Source: Acidobacteriota bacterium
GTDB lineage: Bacteria; Acidobacteriota; UBA6911
Direction of reading: 5' to 3'
Length of the DNA stretch: 64,000 bases
Assembly (NCBI GenBank): GCA_963664705.1
Contig: OY761556.1
Location: 6,528,001 to 6,592,000 of the forward strand
The notes below the pieces were generated by a model. That model saw nothing but the letters and a program-made list of their open reading frames with translations, was not told where the DNA came from and ran no database searches. Of this stretch, positions 10,131 through 19,809 are shown one piece after another; within the stretch, counting starts at the first letter, position 1; each line of letters begins with the position of its first letter. Made by a program: the position numbers and the translations under genes.

Positions 10131-11328
10131 ACAGCAGCACAACTCCTACGATAATTGTAATCACGGTCAGCGGTAAGCCAACCCTGAAATATTCCCAAAA
10201 ACTGATCGGCGCTTCCCGCCTCGATCTCTGGATGACGATCAGGTTCGCGACGGATCCGAGGACAGTCAGGTTTCCCGCCAGAGTGGAAGCCATGGCAAGA
10301 ATGAGCCAGGCTTTTTTCGGATCCGCGAGGTGAGGCACGAGCGGTTTGAAGATCAGAACTGCCGGCACATTGCTGACGAGATTCGAGAGAACAGCCGCTG
10401 CGGCGCTGAGCACGGCGGGCCGATCGAGCCCATACCCGGAGACGAAGGCCAGGGCATCGGCGGTGAGCGGTGTTTTCTCGATGCCGGCGATGACGATAAA
10501 AAGCCCCGTGAACAGGACGAGCAGGGAAAAGTCGATTTCGTGATAGATCTTTTCCGGTTTGACGCGCCGCGTGATCAGCAGCAGGGCTCCCGTGATCAGC
10601 GCTACCTTGGCAATCGGCCAGCCGACAAAGAAAAACAGGAGCATCAGGGCGGAGGCGATCAGCGATTTCCACATGAGGACCCGGTTGACGCGGATCGGAT
10701 GCCGGGTCAGGACGACTTTGTCCGATTGGTGGAATTCGCGGCGATAGAGCAGGGCGATGACCGCGAAGGTGAGGAGGAGGCTGATGGCGGCGACCGGGGC
10801 CAGCTTCGCGGCAAATTCCCGGTACGGAATGCCTGAAAAGATGCCGATCATCATGTTTTGGGGATTGCCGGTTATGGTGGCGACGCTGCCGACGTTGGAA
10901 GCCATGGCTACCGCCAGCAGGTAAGGGATCGGGTTTCGCTTCAGCGCGAGGATGATTTCCAGCACCAGCGGCGTCAGCACCAGGCACATGGTGTCGTTGA
11001 CGAAGAAGGCGGAAAAAGCTCCGGAAACAAGAATGATGGCGGCCAGGAGGGTCAGCGGATGATGCGCATGCTCGACGACCCATTCGCTCACGGCGGCGAA
11101 GAAGCCGGACAGGCGCAGGTTGGCCACGACTATCATCATTCCGAACAGGAGGATGATGGTATTGTAGTCAATCGAGGCGTAGGCTTCCTGGAGGCTCAGA
11201 ATGTTGAAGGCAACCATCAGGCTGGCGCCGATAATGGCTGCACCCGTGCGATCCACGCGAAAGCCGGGCAGTCGTCCGAGTGCAAGTACGAGATAGGTTC
11301 CGAGAAAGATAAGGGTGGCAGTAATCAC
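10129..11328 (-). CDS. ArsB/NhaD/CitMHS-type anion transporter (YbiR-like)
   Basis: Polytopic hydrophobic protein; FFVNDT, ASNVGSVATITGNPQN, LVSNVPAV, STLAGNLTVLGSVANLIV. Confidence 0.85.
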   Translation of the reverse strand: MITATLIFLGTYLVLALGRLPGFRVDRTGAAIIGASLMVAFNILSLQEAYASIDYNTIILLFGMMIVVANLRLSGFFAAVSEWVVEHAHHPLTLLAAIILVSGAFSAFFVNDTMCLVLTPLVLEIILALKRNPIPYLLAVAMASNVGSVATITGNPQNMMIGIFSGIPYREFAAKLAPVAAISLLLTFAVIALLYRREFHQSDKVVLTRHPIRVNRVLMWKSLIASALMLLFFFVGWPIAKVALITGALLLITRRVKPEKIYHEIDFSLLVLFTGLFIVIAGIEKTPLTADALAFVSGYGLDRPAVLSAAAAVLSNLVSNVPAVLIFKPLVPHLADPKKAWLILAMASTLAGNLTVLGSVANLIVIQRSRREAPISFWEYFRVGLPLTVITIIVGVVLL

Positions 11329-11333
11329 AATAT

Positions 11334-11512
11334 AAGATTCCAGATGATCTAAGATTCCAGATTAGGCTTTGAAATGTCCATTGGTATACCCTTTTGGATT
11401 CCAGATTTCAGATTTCAGATTCCAGATTAGGCTTTGAATGTCCATTGGTATACCCTAAATATACGGCATAATTCTTTTGAAATCCGGAATCTGAAATCTG
11501 AAATCTGAAATC
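11334..11512. repeat. Inverted heptamer arrays (AGATTTC)n...(GAAATCT)n containing a ~40-bp direct duplication
   Basis: AGATTCCAGATTAGGCTTTGAA(A)TGTCCATTGGTATACCCT at 11352 and 11417. Confidence 0.8.
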
Positions 11513-11532
11513 GTCGACATGGGAGGGTGCGC

Positions 11533-12618
11533 ATGAAACGAATTCTGCTGCTGGGCGCGGGAAAGGTCGGATCTCTCATTGCATGTCTGTTGACGGAAAC
11601 CGGTGATTACCAGTTGTATGTCGGCGACACCAGTGAGGACGTGGTGCGCCGGATTGAAGCATTGGGGTGCCGAAACCTGTCCGCCCATGCGGTGGATGCA
11701 AACAGCAGGGAAGCGCTGGAGCTTTTTCTGAAATCGCATCCGGTAGACGCGGTCATTTCGAGCCTGCCCTATTTCTGCAACTTTACGGTTGCGGAATTGG
11801 CCCTGCAATTCGGGCTGCATTATTTTGATCTCACGGAAGACGTCGCGGTATCCCGGCACATTGCGCGGATCAGTCCCAAATCGGGTACGGCGTTTGTGCC
11901 GCAATGCGGACTTGCCCCCGGGTTCATCAGCATTATCGCCAATGAGCTGATGAGCCACTTTGAAACGCTCGACACGGTGAAGCTGCGCGTCGGTGCGCTC
12001 CCGGTCAATCCCAGCAATGCGCTCAAGTACTCGCTGACCTGGTCGACCGATGGCCTCATCAATGAATATGCGAACCTCTGCCAGGGGGTGGAAGACGGCA
12101 AAGAAGCGGTGCTGCTGCCGTTGGAGGGGTACGAAACCATCGAGGTCGACGGCCTCCTGTATGAGTGCTTCAATACCTCGGGCGGAATTGGTACGTTGTC
12201 CGAAACCTATCGCGGCAAAGTGCAGACGATGAATTACAAAACGCTGCGGTATCCTGGGCATTGCGAAAAGATCCAGTTCCTGATGCAGGATCTCAAGCTG
12301 AGCCAGGATCGAGGGACGCTGAAGCGGATTCTGGAGAATGCCATTCCGCAGACGCTGCAGGATGTCGTGTTGATTTATGTCTCGGTAACGGGCCGGCAGA
12401 ACGGTCAGCTTTTCGAAGAGAACTATGTGAAGAAGTTTTATCCAAAGAATGTGGTCAACCGTTTGTGGTCTGCCATCCAGGTGACGACCGCCAGCGGATT
12501 GTGCGCTGTTTTTGATCTTGTGATGCAATCGCAGTCACCTCCCAGGGGATTCATGACGCAGGAGAGCATCAGGTTTGCGGACTTCATCGAAAATCGATTT
12601 GGCCGTTATTACCAATAA
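11533..12618 (+). CDS. Saccharopine dehydrogenase family / L-lysine dehydrogenase-like protein
   Basis: GAGKVG Rossmann motif, [38 protein letters not shown]. Confidence 0.85.
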   Translation: MKRILLLGAGKVGSLIACLLTETGDYQLYVGDTSEDVVRRIEALGCRNLSAHAVDANSREALELFLKSHPVDAVISSLPYFCNFTVAELALQFGLHYFDLTEDVAVSRHIARISPKSGTAFVPQCGLAPGFISIIANELMSHFETLDTVKLRVGALPVNPSNALKYSLTWSTDGLINEYANLCQGVEDGKEAVLLPLEGYETIEVDGLLYECFNTSGGIGTLSETYRGKVQTMNYKTLRYPGHCEKIQFLMQDLKLSQDRGTLKRILENAIPQTLQDVVLIYVSVTGRQNGQLFEENYVKKFYPKNVVNRLWSAIQVTTASGLCAVFDLVMQSQSPPRGFMTQESIRFADFIENRFGRYYQ

Positions 12619-12637
12619 ATCATTTCGAGGAGGCGGA

Positions 12638-12850
12638 ATGTCGAATCCGAAAGATTGCATACAGAAGAATAAGAAGAACTGCAATTGCAGTTTTGAGCCG
12701 TGTTCGAAAAAAGGAGCCTGTTGCGATTGCCTCCGCTATCATCTCGAAAGCCGGGAACTGCCGGCCTGCTGCTTCCCGAATGATGCGGAGCAGACGTACG
12801 ATCGTTCGTTCGAGCATTTCGCCCGGCTGGTTTACGAACGGCGAATCTAG
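12638..12850 (+). CDS. Small Cys-rich protein (DUF6485-like)
   Basis: GAGGAGG RBS; [21 protein letters not shown]...LPACCF...YDRS. Confidence 0.7.
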   Translation: MSNPKDCIQKNKKNCNCSFEPCSKKGACCDCLRYHLESRELPACCFPNDAEQTYDRSFEHFARLVYERRI

Positions 12851-12869
12851 GCGAAAGCGACGGAGGCAA

Positions 12870-13580
12870 TTAGGGCTGGCCAGGTTGTGAGCCAGGTTCC
12901 TGGGCTTCCTTCAGGATGTCCCGAGCGATCACGGCATACTGATTGGCAAACCGATGGCCGGCATGCGGCAGGAGCACGCGCCGGACGTTGACCGGCATAT
13001 CCCTGCACGAGGATTCGCCATCCAAGGCTCCGCAGTAAGCGATAATCTTAAAGCCGCTCAGCTTTTCCAATTCCGGCAGAACCGGTCGAGAGGTTTTCGG
13101 AGGAGTTTCCGAAAACCACTGCTTGACGTGGAATTCAAAGTCGACGGTTCGAGTGGGCGCCAGCAGCGCCAGCATTGCCACCTGTTCCTGCAGGGGCCTG
13201 GAGGCTCTGGTGAGCAGGAAGGGCAGGATATTGGCGCCAAAGGAATATCCGATGGCGATGACGCGCCGTTTTTTCCATGCAGCCTGGTAGTGAGTGACGA
13301 TCCGCGCAAAATCTACCGCCGCTTTTTCGGGAGTGCGCCGGGTCCAGAAGTATCGCAGGGTGTTCACCGCGATTACGGGAATGCCGTTTTCGGCCAGAAC
13401 CCTGGCGAGCCCCTTGTCGGCGGCCTGCCATCCTCCGTCTCCTGTATAGAGAATGGCCATGGTATCGCCGGCGGTGGAGCGGGATGGGACTTCTTCGAGG
13501 CCCGGGATGCCCAGCTGGCCGGGCAGCAACATTATCGATAGAACAATAAGCGCGATTCTCAACGCGGCCTCCCTCTTCAA
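12870..13580 (-). CDS. AcvB/VirJ-family alpha/beta hydrolase (lysyl-PG hydrolase-like)
   Basis: YTGDGGW, LRYFWTRRTPE, GYSFGA nucleophile motif, GHRF. Confidence 0.82.
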   Translation of the reverse strand: MKREAALRIALIVLSIMLLPGQLGIPGLEEVPSRSTAGDTMAILYTGDGGWQAADKGLARVLAENGIPVIAVNTLRYFWTRRTPEKAAVDFARIVTHYQAAWKKRRVIAIGYSFGANILPFLLTRASRPLQEQVAMLALLAPTRTVDFEFHVKQWFSETPPKTSRPVLPELEKLSGFKIIAYCGALDGESSCRDMPVNVRRVLLPHAGHRFANQYAVIARDILKEAQEPGSQPGQP

Positions 13581-13667
13581 AGATACTTGAGAAACCCTTC
13601 GACCTCAAAGGATCAATGGAGTCCCGATTTTCTTGACATTTCGGGCGGATCACGACACGCTTAGCGC

Positions 13668-15062
13668 ATGCTCGATGCTTTGATCATAGGTGGTGGAATC
13701 TCCGGGCTGGCTGCCGCGCACTGGTCGGGCCTGGCCAATCAGCCTGGAAAATGCGAACTGTGGGAGAGCACGGACCGCCTTGGTGGTACGGTCGGGACCG
13801 ATTGCGTCGATGGATATTCAGTGGATTGGGGCCCGAACGGCTTTCTGGACCGGGAGCCGTTGACCCTGCAATTTGTCGATGAGCTGGGATTGAGGGACTC
13901 GCTGGAGCCGGCCAATCCGAAAAGCGAGAATCGATTTATTCTGAAAAACGGCGTGCTGCATCCCGTCCCGTTTTCCCCGGTCAAGATGCTGTCGACCGGT
14001 CTGCTGAGTCCCTTCGAAAAGGCGCGCGTGTTTTGTGAGCCGTTCATTGCCGGTCGGCGCGACAACGGCGACGAATCGGTGTTTGACTTTGCCGCCCGGC
14101 GAATTGGGCGCGCGGCGGCCGAGACTTTTGTCGATCCGATGGTTTCGGGCGTGTACGGTGGCCTGGCGCGCGAACTGTCTCTGCCTGCCTGTTTCCCGAT
14201 CATGCGGGAAATGGAAATGCGCTACGGCGGCCTGGTGAAGGCTCTGATTGCCCGGCAAAGAGAGAAACGCAGGGCTGCAAAACAATCGGGTGCGCCGGCG
14301 AAGAAATCGGGCGGCCCGGCGGGACCGGGCGGACATCTCACTTCCTTCAAGACGGGGTTGTACCTCCTGATCCAGAGACTGGAGGAACGGCTCGCGCCCG
14401 TTATTCGAAAGAACCGGCATATCTCGCGGATCCGGCGTGTGGAGGAGGGGTGGGAGGTCACAGACCAGTCAGGTGTCGTGGTTTATGCCAGGAACGTCAT
14501 CATTGCCTGCCCTACCTATGCCGCCGCTCCGCTGTTTAAGGATTTTGATCCGGGGCTTTCGGAGGCATTCGGAACCATTCCCTATGCACCCATTATTGTG
14601 GTGGCCTCGGGCCACCGGCGCGAAGATATCCGGCATTCCGTGGATGGATTCGGCTTCCTCATTCCACGATCGCAGCGAATCCGGACGTTGGGCTCGATCT
14701 GGACTTCCTCCATTTTTGCGGAACGGGCGCCGGAAGGGTTTGTACTGTTTCGCTCCATGCTGGGAGGCGCGGGCGACCCGTCGGTGCTGGAGCTTTCGGA
14801 TGACCAGCTGTGGGCGACGATCCGGCGCGAGCTGGATCCGGTGATCGGCATCCGAAAGGATCCGTCTTTCCTGCGCGTCTACCGGTGGGATCGGGGCATT
14901 CCCCAGTTCAAGCTGGGACATCTGGAACGCCGCGCCGCGCTCGAGAAGCGGGTTTCCGCGCACCCGGGCCTCTTTGTGACCGGCAATGCCTATTATGGTG
15001 TGAGCTTGAACGATTGCGTCAAGCTGAGCCATCGCGTTGCCCGGCAAATTACCGCTCAATAA
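13668..15062 (+). CDS. hemG: Protoporphyrinogen/coproporphyrinogen oxidase (HemY-type)
   Basis: GGGISGL, DWGPNGFL, GFGFLIP, GIPQF, GVSLNDC. Confidence 0.9.
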   Translation: MLDALIIGGGISGLAAAHWSGLANQPGKCELWESTDRLGGTVGTDCVDGYSVDWGPNGFLDREPLTLQFVDELGLRDSLEPANPKSENRFILKNGVLHPVPFSPVKMLSTGLLSPFEKARVFCEPFIAGRRDNGDESVFDFAARRIGRAAAETFVDPMVSGVYGGLARELSLPACFPIMREMEMRYGGLVKALIARQREKRRAAKQSGAPAKKSGGPAGPGGHLTSFKTGLYLLIQRLEERLAPVIRKNRHISRIRRVEEGWEVTDQSGVVVYARNVIIACPTYAAAPLFKDFDPGLSEAFGTIPYAPIIVVASGHRREDIRHSVDGFGFLIPRSQRIRTLGSIWTSSIFAERAPEGFVLFRSMLGGAGDPSVLELSDDQLWATIRRELDPVIGIRKDPSFLRVYRWDRGIPQFKLGHLERRAALEKRVSAHPGLFVTGNAYYGVSLNDCVKLSHRVARQITAQ

Positions 15063-15196
15063 CCGCGAAGGCTTTAGCGGACCTGGAGCCTTCGTGTTTT
15101 TGGGCGCGGATAGTTTTTCTGCACCAAATGTCTTATAATCTTTCCGCACCAAAAGAGGATTTCAGGACTCCTTGAACAATTGCGAAAGGGCTTAAT

Positions 15197-16501
15197 ATGA
15201 AAAGGCCAAGCATTCTGTTGATGCTGATTGTCTCCGCTGCGGTGATTGGAATGATGCCGGCCGCGCATGCAGCGTCAGCTTGTGTGGATTGCCACAAGAA
15301 TATCACCCCGAACATAGTAACCGACTGGCAGCTGAGCAAGCATGGCCAGGCCGGATTTGATTGTGCGACATGCCACGGTGACGGCCATACCTCCGCCAAT
15401 GATGTGGCCAAGGTTCAGATCCCCACGCCGGAGACCTGTGCCACCTGTCACCCCGAGAAAGTGTCGCAATACAAAGCAGGAAAGCATGCCTTTGCATGGG
15501 CATCCATGAAGGCAATGCCGACATTGCATTATCAGCCGGCCATTCTCAGCGAAGGGATGAAGGGCTGCGGTGGCTGCCATAAAATTGGAGTCAAGTCTCC
15601 CGCGGAAATCAAAGACCTGAAGAAGAGCAGCCCGGGGTTTGGGACTGCTTCCTGCGATGCCTGCCATACGCGTCATCTCTTTTCGGTTGAAGAGGCCAGG
15701 CAGCCGCAGGCTTGCCAGACCTGCCATATGGGCTTTGATCACCCGCAATGGGAAATGTATTCCACCTCGAAACATGGGACCCGCGCGGCATTGAAGCAGA
15801 GCAAGATCCTCCCCGCTAACGTCGCGGCTCCGACCTGTCAGAGCTGCCACATGCAGGGCGGGCAGCACGAAGTACGAACGGCCTGGGGATTCCTGGCTGT
15901 GCGGCTGCCCTTGCCGGAGAACGTGGTGCAGAAGGAAGATCGCATCGCGATTCTGCAGGGACTGGGTGTTTTGGATCCGACCGGGAAACCGACCGGACGC
16001 CTGGAAGCGGTCAAAAGTGTCCAGCTGGCTCGACTGACGCAGGAAGATTGGCAAAAAGAGCGGGACAAGATGATCAAAACCTGTAATCAATGCCATTCCA
16101 TCAACTTTGTAAAAGATGAGATGTCCAAGGGGGATCAGCTCATTGCCGACGCCGATCACCTGGTGGCCGAAGCGATTCGCATTGTGGCTGGCCTCTATAA
16201 GGATGGAGTGCTTGAGAAACCCAAGAATTATGCCTATTCATTCCCGGATCTGCTGACTTTCCAGGATGCGCCGACGCCTATTGAACAGAGGCTGTTTGTG
16301 ATGTTCCTGGAGCACCGGAACAGGACGTTCCAGGGGATGTTCCATAACAATCCGGATTACACCTGGTGGTATGGATACAGCGAAATGCAGCAGGATCTGA
16401 CCAGCATCAAACACATGGCTCAGGAATTGCGAAAAGACGCCAAGGGTACGGCGAAAGTTGCCGCGCCGGCGCCGCCTGCTGCCAGGAAGCCCGCGAAGTA
16501 A
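15197..16501 (+). CDS. Secreted octaheme c cytochrome, HAO-like family
   Basis: Signal peptide; 8 CxxCH motifs (CVDCH, CATCH x2, CGGCH, CDACH, CQTCH, CQSCH, CNQCH); CHMGFDHPQWEMY, HNNPDYTWWYG. Confidence 0.88.
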   Translation: MKRPSILLMLIVSAAVIGMMPAAHAASACVDCHKNITPNIVTDWQLSKHGQAGFDCATCHGDGHTSANDVAKVQIPTPETCATCHPEKVSQYKAGKHAFAWASMKAMPTLHYQPAILSEGMKGCGGCHKIGVKSPAEIKDLKKSSPGFGTASCDACHTRHLFSVEEARQPQACQTCHMGFDHPQWEMYSTSKHGTRAALKQSKILPANVAAPTCQSCHMQGGQHEVRTAWGFLAVRLPLPENVVQKEDRIAILQGLGVLDPTGKPTGRLEAVKSVQLARLTQEDWQKERDKMIKTCNQCHSINFVKDEMSKGDQLIADADHLVAEAIRIVAGLYKDGVLEKPKNYAYSFPDLLTFQDAPTPIEQRLFVMFLEHRNRTFQGMFHNNPDYTWWYGYSEMQQDLTSIKHMAQELRKDAKGTAKVAAPAPPAARKPAK

Positions 16502-16543
16502 ACCTTCCTTTATCTGACCGTGAGATTCGTGGCGTCGGTATCT

Positions 16544-17194
16544 GCCACGAATTTCACGGATTTTGAAGTGCAATGGATATCAGCTCCTTCGGGCTTGGTG
16601 CTTCACTCGCGTTGCGGGGCCTACCATAAAAGCTGAAGAGCGGCGGCAAGCCACCCGACTTGACCGAAATAGAAACCCCGTTAACCGCGAAGACCGCGAA
16701 GACCGCGAAGGAAAATATTTTTGCAGGTTTTGCGGTTATCGTTCTCGCCGGATCCAGCAGCAAAATGAGCCAAAAAATCTTTGCGGTCTTCGAGGTCTTC
16801 GCGGTTCAAATATAAAAACTAATCAACGCCATTTATTAATGGAACCTGATTTCCGCCACGAATTTCACGGATTTTGGAGTGCAATGGATATCAGCCCCTT
16901 CGGGCTTGGTGCTTCACTCGCGTTGCGGGGCCTACCATAAAAGCTGAAGAGCGGCGGCAAGCCACCCGACTTGACCGAAATAGAAACCCCGTTAACCGCG
17001 AAGACCGCGAAGACCGCGAAGACCGCGAAGGAAAATATTTTTGCAGGTTTTGCGGTTATCGTTCTCGCCGGATCCAGCAGCAAAATGAGCCAAAAAATCT
17101 TTGCGGTCTTCGAGGTCTTCGCGGTTCAAAAATAAAAACTAATCAACGCCATTTATTAATGGAACCTGATTTCCGCCACGAATTTCACGGATTT
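16544..17194. repeat. Tandem duplication of a 311/320-bp mosaic repeat unit
   Basis: Units start at 16544, 16855 and (20-bp stub) 17175; copy 2 has one extra ACCGCGAAG. Confidence 0.92.
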
Positions 17195-17202
17195 CCCCAG
17201 CC

Positions 17203-17796
17203 TTAACTCTTTGCCTTCAGGGGTGTCGTATAAAGAGAAAGCGTGTGGCTGGCGTTGTCTTCATTTGAGATCACCGTGACCGTCTTGTCGGCCACGATCC
17301 CTTCCAGATCGTAGTTGTGGCACACGATCCTGGAGCCTTTCTTTACCTTTTCAAACTGGGGCAGCAGCCTGCGGTTCATTTCCGGCAGCAGGTAAAGCGG
17401 AAACACGGTCGCTTTGCTCAGGTCGACGGTGAAGATGTCGGCCTGTTCGATCTTGACGAGATGCTCTACGTGATTCCGCGCCACATTTTCTCTCGCCTCG
17501 CCAACCCGTTCCGGATCGATATCGAAGCCTACCGCATGGCATCCATATTTCTGCGCGGCAAGAACCAGCATGCGACCGTCGCCGCAGCCGAGGTCGTAAA
17601 CGACGTCGTCCTTTTTGACTTCCGCCATCTGCAGCATTCTGGAAATCAGGTCATAGGCCGTCCCCACATAGACGACATCCGGGGTGCGCATCCATTTCGG
17701 TTTTTCATTCTTTTCGCCGGCCAGGGCGGCGCACACCCAGGGGAGCGCGAGGCCCGCTGGAATACCCTTCAGGAATTCTCTTCTGTCTTTCTTCAT
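17203..17796 (-). CDS. Class I SAM-dependent methyltransferase with twin-arginine-like N-terminus
   Basis: MKKDRREFLKG; PDVVYV, YDLGCGDGR, GFDID, LYLLP. Confidence 0.85.
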   Translation of the reverse strand: MKKDRREFLKGIPAGLALPWVCAALAGEKNEKPKWMRTPDVVYVGTAYDLISRMLQMAEVKKDDVVYDLGCGDGRMLVLAAQKYGCHAVGFDIDPERVGEARENVARNHVEHLVKIEQADIFTVDLSKATVFPLYLLPEMNRRLLPQFEKVKKGSRIVCHNYDLEGIVADKTVTVISNEDNASHTLSLYTTPLKAKS

Positions 17797-17809
17797 GGTG
17801 CTCTCCAAA

Positions 17810-18580
17810 TCAGTGAAAAATCGCCAGCATGGGGAATCTGGAGACAATGGACTGAATGCCCATGTCGGTTACGCTGCATCCGGCGGCATAGACGATGCGG
17901 AGGTTTGGCGTGGTCAGGAAATGGCCGAGGTCCCCATCATTGATATTGCAGTTCATCAGGTTCAATTCGTTCAGACGGGGCATCCCCTCGAGTTTTTCGA
18001 TCCCATCGCCGCTGACCTGCGTGTCTGAGAGGGCCAGGACTTCCAGCGTCTTCAGGTCCGCGATGGCGGCCATGTCTTCGTTGGAGATCTTGTTGCCGCT
18101 CAGATTCAGGACCGCCAGGGCCGGACTTTTGATGTTTTTGAGGAACGCGCCGTTGATTTTTGTGCGCTGGAGAGACAGCGCTTCGAGATTTTTGAGACTG
18201 GCCAGCCATTCAAGGGAGTCTCCGTTCAGGTTGACATCATGGATATACAGACGGCGAATCGTTGGGCATTTTTTCAGGTTTGCCATTCCCGAACTCGTGA
18301 CGCTTCCGCCCGCGATTTCCAGCCATTCCAGTCCCGGCAGGGACGGAAGCTGTCCCATGGCTTCGTCATTCATTTCGCCGGACAACGCTTCAATCCAGCG
18401 AACCACTCCGCGCGCGTCGTGCTGCAGCGGGACCCCTATCCGGGTCAGGGCTGCGACGGCGTCTTTTTCAGCCTTCTGCGGGGACTCCTTCCCGTACTGG
18501 CCAAAGGAAGTGCCGAGCCCGAGGACAAGGAAAGCTATTGTCATTAATCGCTTACGCCAAAATAGCAAACCCATCACCAT
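17810..18580 (-). CDS. Secreted leucine-rich repeat protein
   Basis: Signal-like N-terminus; repeated LxxLxLxxTxI/LNLSGNKI units. Confidence 0.8.
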   Translation of the reverse strand: MVMGLLFWRKRLMTIAFLVLGLGTSFGQYGKESPQKAEKDAVAALTRIGVPLQHDARGVVRWIEALSGEMNDEAMGQLPSLPGLEWLEIAGGSVTSSGMANLKKCPTIRRLYIHDVNLNGDSLEWLASLKNLEALSLQRTKINGAFLKNIKSPALAVLNLSGNKISNEDMAAIADLKTLEVLALSDTQVSGDGIEKLEGMPRLNELNLMNCNINDGDLGHFLTTPNLRIVYAAGCSVTDMGIQSIVSRFPMLAIFH

Positions 18581-18647
18581 CTCCTTTATTGAAAAATTCC
18601 CCAAATCTCACTGCCGGGAGTTTGACCCCGAAACTAATATTTGAGGC

Positions 18648-19805
18648 TTAGTCGAGCGTTTTTCGAAAGCGGAGGGCGCTCAATAATAAAATCGCCGTAC
18701 CGAAAATCGCCAGCGCCAACATGCTTTGCCAGAATGATTCTGCTCCCGTCCCCTTTAGAAACAGGTCTCTCACAATTTGCATGAAATACCTTAGCGGGTT
18801 CAAATAAGTTAAATACTGAACCGGCACCGGCATGTTTCGGATCGGGAATGCAAATCCGCTGAGCAGCATCGCCGGCATGAAAAAGAAAAACGACGACATC
18901 ATCGCCTGCTGTTGCGTATGGGAAATCGTGGAGATAAAAAGCCCGACTCCAAGGGTCGAGAGCAGAAACAGCAGCGCACAGCCGAAAAGCAGCGGGATGT
19001 TCCCCCGGATGGGGATGCGAAAGATCAGCAGCGCCGCGACGACCACCAGTGCCACTTCAATCACGCCCACCAGCGCGAAAGGCAGAAGCTTTCCCATAAT
19101 CAGCTCAAAGGGCCGCACGGGCGTTACCATCAATTGCTCCATGGTGCCGATTTCTTTTTCCCGGACGATGCTCATGGATGTCAGCATAATCGTGACCAGC
19201 GCGATGATATTGACAATCACGCCGGGGACAAAATAGACGCGGCTCTTCAGGTCCGGGTTGAACCACACGCGCGAATGGGATGTGAGCACCGGGATGACAA
19301 CGGGGACTGGCGCGCCCGTCCTGGCCGTTGGCGGATAGATGCGCATATTCTGTTGCGCAGCCTGGGCTTTAGCTGCGAACCCGGCGATGATCTGCGTTGC
19401 ATATCCGGAAACGATGGACGCCGTATTGGAATTCGTTCCATCCACAAGGATCTGGACCGAGGCGCTGCTGCCGCGTTTGACGTCCCTGGAAAATCCGGGC
19501 AGTATGCGGATCACTGTTTGTACTCTTCCGTGATCCATTGCTTCCTGAACTTCGCTATTGTTGCGTGGAATCTCTACAATCCTGAAGTAGGGGGAACCCG
19601 TGAATGCGGCCATCAGATCGCGGCTTTCGGGCGTTTGATCCATGTCCATCCAGGCGGTTCGTGCATTTTCGACATCCAGGTTTACGGCATAACCGAACAG
19701 GATGAGCTGAAGGATCGGAATTCCAAAGAGAATGGCCCGCGTGCGCGGATCGCGGAGGGTCTGGAAAAATTCTTTTTGAAAAATCTCGCGGATGCGGTTC
19801 CACAT
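18648..19805 (-). CDS. ABC-2 type transporter permease (YbhR-like)
   Basis: KEFFQTLRD, DGTNSNTA, REKEIGTMEQL, PLRYF. Confidence 0.9.
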   Translation of the reverse strand: MWNRIREIFQKEFFQTLRDPRTRAILFGIPILQLILFGYAVNLDVENARTAWMDMDQTPESRDLMAAFTGSPYFRIVEIPRNNSEVQEAMDHGRVQTVIRILPGFSRDVKRGSSASVQILVDGTNSNTASIVSGYATQIIAGFAAKAQAAQQNMRIYPPTARTGAPVPVVIPVLTSHSRVWFNPDLKSRVYFVPGVIVNIIALVTIMLTSMSIVREKEIGTMEQLMVTPVRPFELIMGKLLPFALVGVIEVALVVVAALLIFRIPIRGNIPLLFGCALLFLLSTLGVGLFISTISHTQQQAMMSSFFFFMPAMLLSGFAFPIRNMPVPVQYLTYLNPLRYFMQIVRDLFLKGTGAESFWQSMLALAIFGTAILLLSALRFRKTLD

Positions 19806-19809
19806 GGTT

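Noticed and set aside
16544-17206. Possible CRISPR array or paired small genes (16563-16940, 16874-17206)
   Set aside because: The sequences between the 20-bp motifs are ~290 bp and nearly identical, there are no cas genes, and the ORFs are just translations of the repeats.
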